A program made the translations under genes and the position numbers. A stretch of DNA of 64,000 nucleotides from Candidatus Moraniibacteriota bacterium (lineage in GTDB: Bacteria > Patescibacteriota > Minisyncoccia > Moranbacterales > UBA1568): contig CP064994.1 of NCBI GenBank assembly GCA_016699975.1, positions 257,222 through 321,221 of the forward strand. Reading direction: 5' to 3'. The notes below the pieces were generated by a model. It was not told where the DNA came from and did no database searches. It saw nothing but the letters and a program-made list of their open reading frames with translations. Below are positions 38,362 through 46,443 of the stretch, one piece after another (within the stretch, counting starts at the first letter, position 1; the number at the start of each line of letters is the position of its first letter).

Positions 38362-39174
38362 GTGCTAAAAGAAGACGTTGATTCATTTCAACGTCTTTTT
38401 ATTTTGCTTCCCCCATACGCCATGAAAATGGACGGTGACACATGGGGAGAGTACCTGTTTATGGACGTTTCTTTATGTCGGCGGAACTCTTACTTTTGGC
38501 TGAGAGGAGGGATATTTCTTCTCTTTTGTGTTTTCTTTGGAGGGTCAATTTCTGTGCGGGCTGCGGACACAGTTGAGCGATTCGACGAAAATATTTTGTG
38601 GTTTCAGTCGGCACAATCTTTTACGGAAAAAGCGTCGGGAGCATTCCGATCTTCGCTCGAGGAGCGAGGAATTCTTCCCGAGGAATCCGAAGATGATCGT
38701 CGTTTTCGGACGTTTCTTGAGACATTGGTTGGGGAAGCGCCGATTCGTGCCATGATTCCCGCTCTTGTCGAACGTGATCGCGAGACAGCAGCATTTCTTG
38801 TGAGCATCGCACGCAAAGAAAGTTCGTGGGGCGAGCATGCGCCCTCGAAAGAAGGGGGAGATTGTTTCAATTACTGGGGGTACAAAGGGACGGGAAGTCG
38901 CGGTACGGGCATGGGGTATGCATGTTTTGCGAGCCCCGAAGAAGCAATCGACACGGTGGGGAATCGCCTCTCAAAACTTATTCATGAGAAAAAACTGAAT
39001 TCTCCGGAGCGGCTTATCGTATGGAAGTGCGGTTCTTCCTGTGAGGGGCATTCTCCGGAATCGGTATCCAAATGGATTTCCGACGTACGGAGTGTCTACT
39101 CGAAATTCGTCCCGGAAATTTCTCGTGCGGATTCTTCCGACTCACGCTATACTGAAGTCGCACTCTCGCTTTAG
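38362..39174 (+). CDS. Exported uncharacterized protein, paralog 2 of the tandem pair
   Basis: A TM helix (GGIFLLFCVFFGGSISVRA) is followed by a domain that aligns along its whole length with paralog 1: ...AAFLVSIARKESSWG...GDCFNYWGYKG...YACFASP..AIDTVGNRLSKL...VWKCGSSCEGH...KWISDV.... The ATG at 38461 is an alternative start. Confidence 0.45.
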   Translation: MLKEDVDSFQRLFILLPPYAMKMDGDTWGEYLFMDVSLCRRNSYFWLRGGIFLLFCVFFGGSISVRAADTVERFDENILWFQSAQSFTEKASGAFRSSLEERGILPEESEDDRRFRTFLETLVGEAPIRAMIPALVERDRETAAFLVSIARKESSWGEHAPSKEGGDCFNYWGYKGTGSRGTGMGYACFASPEEAIDTVGNRLSKLIHEKKLNSPERLIVWKCGSSCEGHSPESVSKWISDVRSVYSKFVPEISRADSSDSRYTEVALSL

Positions 39175-39185
39175 AGGACTTTCCT

Positions 39186-40178
39186 ATGCTGTGGTTTTTC
39201 GCGGCGGTTTCGGGATATCTCGCGACGGCAGTCTCGAGCATTACCGATAAATTTTTGGTGTCCGACCGTATCGAAAAACCGGCGGCCTATGTTTTTCTTT
39301 TGTGTCTCTTTAGTCTTTTCACCTTTGTCTTTGCCCCGTTTGGTCTTCGGATTCCGCCTTCTGAAATATTGGCACTTCTTTTTATTTCTGGTATTTCTTT
39401 TTCGTGGAGCCTTCTTTTTCTCTACGAGGCGTTTCGCCGTGGAGAAGTGTCGAATGTTCTTCCGCTCGTCGGTATTTTTTCTGCAATGATATCGCTCCTC
39501 CCCTCCTTTCGTTCGGAGGTTTTTTCTTTTCGAGAGAATGCTCCTGGACTTGTCGCGTTTCTTTTTCTTCTCTTTGGCGCCATAGCACTTTCTCGTACGG
39601 AGATTCGCAGTCGAAAACAGTCCTTGGAAGTATGGTTTTTCTCCTTTCTCTCGGGGACCTTTCTTGCTATTTTCTATGCGCTTCTTAAGATGAGCGGGCT
39701 TTTTGGAACCAATTTTATAAGCGGACTTGTGTGGTCGCGATTCGGCGCCTTCTTGGGAGGGCTCACCCTTCTTTTGGTGCCGAGTTTCTTCCGGGATATT
39801 CGAGAATTTTTTTTGAAATGGTTCACCTCTCTTTCTTCAAAAAAGAATCACTCTCTTCCGGAAAACGATACTCATAAGAAGGCAGTTCCTTTCTCGACAG
39901 GCATTATTTTTGTCTTTGGAAAAACGATTGCAGGGGTTGGGGCACTTCTCATTATTCTTGCGACGTATCAAAAGGGCGCATCGGTCGCGCTTGTTCAGGC
40001 GCTTGTCGGGGTACAGTTTGCCTTCGTCTTTTTGTTCGCTCTTCTTTTATCCAAACGCTTTCCACATATTTATGGCGAGCGACTTTCCGGGATCGGATGG
40101 ATTGTGAAGGTAACGGGATTTATCTTTATCTCCCTTGGTGCGTGGTTCGCTACTCGGGGTGGGGTGAGCCTCTTTTGA
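39186..40178 (+). CDS. Polytopic membrane protein, DMT/EamA-like (10 TM)
   Basis: Two roughly 5-TM repeats in the hydropathy pattern. No catalytic motifs. Confidence 0.5.
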   Translation: MLWFFAAVSGYLATAVSSITDKFLVSDRIEKPAAYVFLLCLFSLFTFVFAPFGLRIPPSEILALLFISGISFSWSLLFLYEAFRRGEVSNVLPLVGIFSAMISLLPSFRSEVFSFRENAPGLVAFLFLLFGAIALSRTEIRSRKQSLEVWFFSFLSGTFLAIFYALLKMSGLFGTNFISGLVWSRFGAFLGGLTLLLVPSFFRDIREFFLKWFTSLSSKKNHSLPENDTHKKAVPFSTGIIFVFGKTIAGVGALLIILATYQKGASVALVQALVGVQFAFVFLFALLLSKRFPHIYGERLSGIGWIVKVTGFIFISLGAWFATRGGVSLF

Positions 40179-40387
40179 TTTTTCAAAAGGAGTATCAATT
40201 CTTTGTATACCTCGAAAGGAAAGGGGGTATCTTGGGTGGAAGAAGGGGAAAATTTTCTCTCGTTCCAATATTTTCCTTACTTTTTTGAAGGCGTGACGGA
40301 TGCCATATGCGCAAGCAATATTCCGAATCAAATTCTTCTTCCGCTCGAGGGTTTCTTTGGAAACCTCTTATTTCAAAAGTACAAAAA

Positions 40388-41376
40388 TGTATGTGGTGGA
40401 TTATTTTCTCTCTTCTTTTCTTGATTGCCCTTCTCTTTCTCGCCGCGAATTTTCCGGGGCTTGATCCGAGGGAAGATGTTCGTTTTGGTGTGACGTTCTC
40501 CAGTCGATTCGCGCGTGACTTGGGTCTTGATCCTCATGAAACGCTTCAGGCGATCTTTTCGGACATAGGAATTCAAAAAGTTCGGATACCGGTCTATTGG
40601 GATCTTGTCGAGAAACAAAAAGGCGTTTTTGATTTCTCTGATATCGACTGGCAACTTGAGATGGCCCGACAAAATGGAGCGGATGTTATTCTGGCGATGG
40701 GACAAAAAGTGCCACGCTGGCCGGAGTGTTTTGTGCCCGAATGGGCGAAAACGAGCGAAGATGAAAAAAATAATGCTGCCCTTTCCTTTCTTCGAGAAAC
40801 TGTCGAGCGGTATCGCGATCATTCGGAGATCGTACTGTGGCAAGTTGAGAATGAACCGTTTCTTTACTTTGGTACGTGCTTGCCAATTGAGGCGTCCGTA
40901 CTCGATGCGGAGATTGCGCTTGTTCGGTTGGCCGATCCGTCGCGGGAATCCTCACCACTGATAGTGGCGAGCTTTCATTCTGGATTCCCTCAGCAAGCCG
41001 GGGCGACGTATTTGGAACGACGCTCTATCGTCGAATCTGGAATGAACGGTTTGGGTATTTTACGTATCCGATCGGGCCCGCTTTTTTTCGGATGAAGGCT
41101 GCTCTCGTTCGACTGTTTACGGACCAAAAGCATTTCATGATAATCGAACTTCAAGGAGAGCCGTGGGGGCCGGGTTCGTTTTTGGATATGCCGCTTTCCG
41201 AACAGTGGAAGACGATGAACGCTGAGAAATTGCGCGAAGCGGTATTCTATGCGAGGCAAGTGGGATTTTCGGACGTGTACTTGTGGGGCGCGGAATGGTG
41301 GTATTGGCTCAAGATTTCCAAAGGCGAGTCCGCTCTCTGGGAAGAGGCGAAAGCACTTCTTTCTCCAAATCATTGA
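40388..41376 (+). CDS. Membrane-anchored glycoside hydrolase (GH5/clan GH-A-like TIM barrel); frameshift near 41060-41095
   Basis: N-terminal TM helix, then ...VLWQVENEPF... (the clan GH-A acid/base NEP motif). The C-terminal part (track ORF 41092-41376) contains ...IIELQGEPWG... (candidate nucleophile strand). The frames change at a T7 run. Confidence 0.5.
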
Positions 41377-41461
41377 CCCCATTCTTCCCGCTTGATATCC
41401 TTCCAATGAAGGAAATCACAATCATAATTTTGAATCGCACCTCGAAAACCGAAAACCTTTT

Positions 41462-42208
41462 ATGAATGAGCAAAAAACGAAAGCTGCCATATTTGATATC
41501 GACGGAACGATTTTTCGAAAGAATCTCCATTTCGAACTTATCAATGAACTTGCGTGGCTCAAGATTTTTCCGTCCCACGTTCGGAAAACGCTCACGGATC
41601 TCTACTCGCGGTGGCTCACGCATACTGGTACCTACGAAGATTATCGCCTCGCACTTATCGATCTCTATGCGCGTTTTATTCGTGGGTGTACGCCCGAAGA
41701 TGTGGCGCGAGCAAGTAAGAGTGTTGTTCCATTTCGACAGCGGCAAACGTATATCTTTGCGGAGCGAATTATTCGAAAGCTCCGTGAAGAGAACTATCTC
41801 CTTTTTGCAATTTCCGGTTCGCCCATTGAAATCGTGGAAGCGTATAGCCGGGATTATCTTCACTTCGACGCTGCGATCGGAAGCGTGTATGAAATCGGAG
41901 AAGATGGTCGGTATACCGGTGTTGCTTCCTATGAGCCGAGTCGCGACAAAGGAACGGCCGCTCGCAAACTCTTTGAGCGATACAACCTTTCCTTTCCGGG
42001 TTCTTTCGGGATAGGTGATACCGAGTCTGATGTGAAGTTCTTGGAATTGGTCGAACACCCCATTGCTTTCAATCCGAACGAAAATTTGCGGAAGGAAGCA
42101 GAAGCGCGTGGCTGGAGAATTGTCGTTGAAAAGAAAGATGTTATTTATGAAATCGATACGCGGTGTTACCGGACGCTTTCGGGCGAAGGAGACGCGCTGT
42201 TTCGATAA
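41462..42208 (+). CDS. HAD-superfamily hydrolase (HAD-IB / phosphoserine phosphatase-like)
   Basis: Motif I AIFDIDGTI, motif II ...ISGSP... and motif III/IV ...KG...GIGDTESDVKFLE. Confidence 0.7.
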   Translation: MNEQKTKAAIFDIDGTIFRKNLHFELINELAWLKIFPSHVRKTLTDLYSRWLTHTGTYEDYRLALIDLYARFIRGCTPEDVARASKSVVPFRQRQTYIFAERIIRKLREENYLLFAISGSPIEIVEAYSRDYLHFDAAIGSVYEIGEDGRYTGVASYEPSRDKGTAARKLFERYNLSFPGSFGIGDTESDVKFLELVEHPIAFNPNENLRKEAEARGWRIVVEKKDVIYEIDTRCYRTLSGEGDALFR

Positions 42209-42755
42209 TTTCTTGTCGATCTTCTATGAGTCAGTTTTTGGACAAATTCCTGAAGAAGACTTTGTGGCTTTGGCTTCCATTTTTTGCATTCGGAGTATTG
42301 TTCCGAGCTTTTCTTGAGGAACGACAGAAAAAATAAATCCAAGCGAAGGGAAACTGAAGAGATTATCCCGAGCATCTTTTTCATTTTTGTTGTTTCATCT
42401 TCGCTTGTTTTTCGGGAGACGTGATCCCAATTTGACTTTGAAAGTTTTCTTTATGAGGCACGTCTGACTTTGGTATTTCTCGAAATATTTTTCTCTTCCC
42501 GTCTTTTCTCATCCGACAGGTCCTCAAGAGATGCTCTCAATTTTCAGAAGAATAGCTCTTCTGAATCGCAGAGCGAATGTACAAAGGATACTCTCCTTGT
42601 CTCCTTTTGAGTCACTTCGAAGATTCTTGAAAGAGATACATCCTGTTCTTTTCGGATTCCAAATGTTCATCCGTATTAATGAGACAACGCTTCCTCCTCA
42701 GTGATTTCCTGTATTCTGATTCAAAAATTTTCATCGTCGCTTCAAAATTGTTTTT

Positions 42756-43205
42756 TTGAAATATATTCTTAAAAAAATATCCGTGCATCAGGTCTCACTG
42801 AATCGCTGTCGAAATATCTGGAACGCTTTTTTCTCGGCGTATGTTCCCGTTCTTGTGTGGATGGCAACCATTTTTCTTCTTTCTTCACAGCCAAGCTTCG
42901 GGAGAGGAGATCTGTCGATGACACAATACCTTTTGCGAAAGGGAGTGCATGTTTTTGAATATTTCATCTTAGGAGTGCTCTTCTTTCGACTTTTTCGTTT
43001 CCATTTCGGAAAAGAGATACGTCTCATCGCTGCTCTTACTGCGCTCTCGTCACTCCTCTATGCGCTTTCGGATGAGTGGCACCAGCTGTGGATAGTAGGG
43101 AGGCAGGGCCGTGCTACAGATGTGCTGATTGATTCGTTGGGAATATTTCTGGCACTTCTTTTTTCTCTTGCCCTTCTTTCTTTTCGGAAAAGACGATTGC
43201 GCTAA
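42756..43205 (+). CDS. VanZ-family membrane protein
   Basis: ...RKGVHVFEYFILGVLFFRLF...SDEWHQLWIVGRQGRATDVLIDSLG... matches the VanZ-like family. Confidence 0.6.
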   Translation: MKYILKKISVHQVSLNRCRNIWNAFFSAYVPVLVWMATIFLLSSQPSFGRGDLSMTQYLLRKGVHVFEYFILGVLFFRLFRFHFGKEIRLIAALTALSSLLYALSDEWHQLWIVGRQGRATDVLIDSLGIFLALLFSLALLSFRKRRLR

Positions 43206-43226
43206 GAGGAAGTGTTTGACAGAAAG

Positions 43227-43260
43227 AAAACCGACTCTCCATGAGCCGGTTTTCTTTTTT
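43227..43260. terminator. Bidirectional rho-independent terminator between the vanZ-like gene (+) and rplT (-)
   Basis: Stem AAAACCG/CGGTTTT with a 13-nt loop, followed by CTTTTTTCC. A-rich on the opposite side. Confidence 0.5.
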
Positions 43261-43281
43261 CCTCTTGAGGAAGTCTCGAGT

Positions 43282-43626
43282 CTACTTTATGGATTCGATG
43301 AATGTTTGAAAAATTTTTGGATTGTCTTTGGCTAGTTCCGAGAGAACCTTTCGGTCGAGTTCAATATTCTTCGACTTCTCAAGAGCAATAAAGCTTCGGT
43401 AGGTAAGCCCGTGAAGGCGGAGCGCATTGTTGAGGCGAACAATCCAGAGACTGCGGAAGGAGCGCTTCTTTGCACGGCGATCGCGATGAGCATATTTGCC
43501 TGCCTTAAGGAGAGCTTCTTTTGCGGCGCGGAAATTTGTTTTTCGGCGCCAGTTATATCCTTTGGCTTTCTTGAGGAGATTCTTTCGTCGTTTGTTGGCG
43601 ATGACGCCGCGCTTGACTCGGGGCAT
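43282..43626 (-). CDS. rplT: 50S ribosomal protein L20
   Basis: MPRVKRGVIANKRRKNLLKKAKGY...LIALEKSKNIELDRKVLSELA is canonical L20. Confidence 0.9.
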   Translation of the reverse strand: MPRVKRGVIANKRRKNLLKKAKGYNWRRKTNFRAAKEALLKAGKYAHRDRRAKKRSFRSLWIVRLNNALRLHGLTYRSFIALEKSKNIELDRKVLSELAKDNPKIFQTFIESIK

Positions 43627-43827
43627 AATGGTTTCTGGGGCGCTCGGCTGTCAGCGCTCGGCTGTCAGCGGGCTTTACGAATAATAAAACAAATGGAGTT
43701 TCCTTGAGAGTTCATTTCTCTCTATAGAGAGGTCAATTACGAATCGATTTTCGAGATGAGCTCCAACGAGAGCTTTTTTGGAACCTTCGCTCGATTCATC
43801 GCTCGTCATTTTTTCTTTGCAGTCGGA

Positions 43828-44022
43828 CTATGCGTAGGGGAGCGCGTCTTTTATATTTTTGGCTTCTCGTCCGCTCATCGTGATGTCGCGGCGTTTACCG
43901 CGTTTCGCCTCTTTCGTCTCACGGACATTGTAGTGGTTTTGTTTAGTTTTTCGGCGAATCACTTTGCCACTTTTTGTAATCTTCACTTTCTTGACGACGG
44001 ATTTTCTGGTTTTTTGCTTCAT
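43828..44022 (-). CDS. rpmI: 50S ribosomal protein L35
   Basis: 64-aa lysine-rich protein (MKQKTRKSVVKKVKITKSGKVIRRK...). It sits between infC and rplT, the classic infC-rpmI-rplT order. Confidence 0.85.
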   Translation of the reverse strand: MKQKTRKSVVKKVKITKSGKVIRRKTKQNHYNVRETKEAKRGKRRDITMSGREAKNIKDALPYA

Positions 44023-44061
44023 ATATCAAAAGGAAAATGGGGACACAGGGAGAGAAAAGGA

Positions 44062-44610
44062 TTACTTCGGAGCGATAATGATATGGAGTCCGTTTGGAAA
44101 TCGCTTGATATCTTCTTCGATCCCGAACGTGGCCTTAATCGAACTCATAAACTCGCGAATTCCATCGCGGGCACGGTCCATAGATGCTTTCTCGCGACCA
44201 CGCAACACGATTTCTATTTTTACTTTGTGTCCACGCGAGAGAAATTTTTCGGCCTGTGCGCGTTTAAAATCGAGATCGTGTGTGTCGGTGCGGAGTCGAA
44301 TGCGGATGCCTTTCGTTTCAACTTTCTTTTGCTTCGTCTTTGCCTGTTGTTCTTTCTTTCCTTCGGCGTAGAGGTATTTGCCGTAGTCGAGTACTTTGCA
44401 GACAGGAGGTGTCGCCTTCGGAGAAACTTCAACGAGATCGAGCTCTTGTTCTCGTGCGCGCGCGATTGCTTGCTCGGTCGGCATGTTTTCCGTGACTGTT
44501 CCGTCCGCATCGACCAAAAACACAAAGGGCACGCGAATGTGTTCGTTGACGCGCGCTTTGGGAGTCTCGACGATTTTTGGTTGCGGTCTTCGGTATCGGC
44601 GTCGGCGCAT
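44062..44610 (-). CDS. infC: Translation initiation factor IF-3
   Basis: ...INEHIRVPFVFLVDADGTV... N-domain and ...GIRIRLRTDTHDLDFKRAQAEKFLSRGHKVKIEIVLRGRE... C-domain. The N-terminal Arg-rich start is atypical. Confidence 0.85.
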   Translation of the reverse strand: MRRRRYRRPQPKIVETPKARVNEHIRVPFVFLVDADGTVTENMPTEQAIARAREQELDLVEVSPKATPPVCKVLDYGKYLYAEGKKEQQAKTKQKKVETKGIRIRLRTDTHDLDFKRAQAEKFLSRGHKVKIEIVLRGREKASMDRARDGIREFMSSIKATFGIEEDIKRFPNGLHIIIAPK

Positions 44611-44724
44611 GAGATTTTCGGTTTCCGTATTGCGGCGGGAATACTCGTCGTCGGAAACAATAAAAAGAGGATGGGCATCGAAACGACCAACCGAAATCAG
44701 TCAGCCGTTTCTTTGTTTTCACAA

Positions 44725-45118
44725 GTGGAGTTGATGGGAATTGCACCCATGTCCAGTGATGAGGATCAAAAATAGTCTACAAGCGTAGTGTGCTTCTTTT
44801 TGTCGAGCCGTCAAAGCGCACTAAATCGGATCGACTTGCCCCGTGAGCAAATGGCAACCGAATCCTCACGAGGCGAGGGAGTCGGGCCTTCCCGGAAATA
44901 TGACACCGGAGATTCCGTACCGGGAATCGGGAGTCCGATGGCTCCTACGAAATTACGCGAGAGCAGAAGCAAATGCTGGCCGAAACGCTTGCGCGAAGGC
45001 TGCTTTTGCCTTGGTGATGAAGTTTGCAGGTATCATCGTGAGGGAGAGATTTTCGATATCACCCTCATAATCGGCTTGCGTATTTTCAACGTACATCCTG
45101 TCGAATCGAGACAACCCC
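44725..45118 (-). ncRNA. ssrA: tmRNA (SsrA)
   Basis: On the minus strand the RNA begins GGGGUUGUCUCGAUUCGACAGG (GAUUCGAC motif). It ends ...GGACAUGGGUGCAAUUCCCAUCAACUCCA. The T-arm is AUGGG/CCCAU and the 7-bp acceptor stem is GGGGUUG/CAACUCC with a G3-U70 wobble, the alanine identity element. The internal tag ORF ...GCA AAC UUC AUC ACC AAG GCA AAA GCA GCC UUC GCG CAA GCG UUU CGG CCA GCA UUU GCU UCU GCU CUC GCG UAA gives ANFITKAKAAFAQAFRPAFASALA*. It lies immediately downstream of smpB on the same strand. Confidence 0.75.
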
Positions 45119-45233
45119 CCGCTTCTCACGATAAACGATTTTCGCAGGAAGTGGGGAGGGGTTTCGAATGAATCACTTTCGGTACTCCTTGCCCCTCGAG
45201 TACTTTAAGAAGAACAGACGAAGAGTTTTTTAT

Positions 45234-45683
45234 TTACATTCGAGTTCGAAGGGCGCGATTCAGAGTGCGATCGGCTTCTCGTTTTGCAATGGTATGTCGT
45301 TTGTCGAACTCTTTTTTGCCTTTTGCAAGGGCGCATTCCACCTTCACGAGGCGTCGCTTAGTATAGACCCGAAGCGGAATGAGTGTCAAGCCGTTCGTTC
45401 GGACTTTTCCGATATACCGTTTCATCTCGCTCTTCTTTATGAGAAGCGTTCGCGGTCGCACAGGATCATACCCTGGGAGGGGTCCCGCGAAGGGATAGCG
45501 GGGGATGAGGGTGTTTGTGAGCTGAAGCTCGTTTCCGTGAATTGTTACGAAGGCGCCTCTTAAGCTCACGTGCCCGGTTTTGACGGATTTGACCTCATGC
45601 CCGAAGAGCGATATTCCGGCTTCGAAAGTTTCGAGAATATCGTAGTCGTAACGCGCGCGTTTGTTTTCGGCAAGGTGGGTCAT
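45234..45683 (-). CDS. smpB: SsrA-binding protein SmpB
   Basis: ...RARYDYDILETFEAGISLFGHEVKS...GAFVTIHGNELQLTN... and the C-terminal tail KKEFDKRHTIAKRE are canonical SmpB. Confidence 0.9.
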   Translation of the reverse strand: MTHLAENKRARYDYDILETFEAGISLFGHEVKSVKTGHVSLRGAFVTIHGNELQLTNTLIPRYPFAGPLPGYDPVRPRTLLIKKSEMKRYIGKVRTNGLTLIPLRVYTKRRLVKVECALAKGKKEFDKRHTIAKREADRTLNRALRTRM

Positions 45684-46370
45684 GAGGAAGAAATACTCTT
45701 TTCTTTACCATACCATGAGTCAAGCAGGAATCAAGATTCGACCCTTGATTTCCTTTCTTTTCTCTGATTGAATGTATTCTCCTTTCGTTTCTTAAAGACG
45801 AGCGGAAGGAGGAGCACCTTCAACCCGAGGAGAAAAGGCATGTCGACAACCCTTGTATGTGCATTTGCTTCTGCGTCAGCCGAGATCTACACGAGTCAAC
45901 CTCTACCTTGCTTCTGTAGCAGAAAAGGTTGCTCATGACAAAACAGCCCCTGTTTATACGCAGGCGGATATCGCCATTCCCCTAACGGAGATTGTTCTTT
46001 TGAAGTTTTTTATTTCCCTGAAGAAGAGGGAAATCCTCCGTCGACACTTCGGCTTGCCAGGTGGGTCGCAGCGCATGCGAAGGAGAGGGAGGTAGAGCGA
46101 ATTATTGTTATCGCCGCAGCCCCTCATCTTTTTCGAGCATGGAGAGACGTTGATCAAGCTTGTAAGGAAAGAGGACTGGCGATCTTTATTTATGTTCCCG
46201 CCGAATTGGAGGATAAGCCACAAGACTGGTTCTCGCCGGAATCCTCTCAAGAAAGAGTCCATTCGTGGTGGAAGTGGTGGAGAAGAGAGAGCCTCCTTCG
46301 AATGATGCCATTCTGGCTCTACTCCCGAGTGGCTTCGTAAAGTAAATGTAAATAAATTGTAACTCCCAGC

Positions 46371-46437
46371 TCGGGTACCGCCGAACCCGGGCGATGAAGC
46401 GATATCGATAAAATCGATATCGCTCTTTCTTTTTCTG
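46371..46437 (+). promoter_or_regulatory. Putative T-box-like leader 3' end plus intrinsic terminator immediately upstream of argS
   Basis: The sequence GGGTACCGCCGAACCCGG partly matches the T-box consensus (AGGGUGGUACCGCGG). A perfect 10-bp hairpin GCGATATCGA-TAAAA-TCGATATCGC (46399-46423) and TCTTTCTTTTTCTG follow, 7 nt before the argS ORF. Confidence 0.3.
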
Positions 46438-46443
46438 TGACGA

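Noticed and set aside
44830-45150. Plus-strand matches to bacterial RNase P RNA motifs (GGGAGTCCGATGGCTCC resembling the P4 GGAAAGUCCGGGCUCC, and CATAATCGGCTTG resembling ACAGAAnCCGGCUUA)
   Set aside because: The similarities are short and imperfect. The same interval read on the minus strand gives a complete tmRNA (GAUUCGAC, a tag ORF, a T-arm and a G3-U70 acceptor) next to smpB, which explains the structure-rich sequence better.
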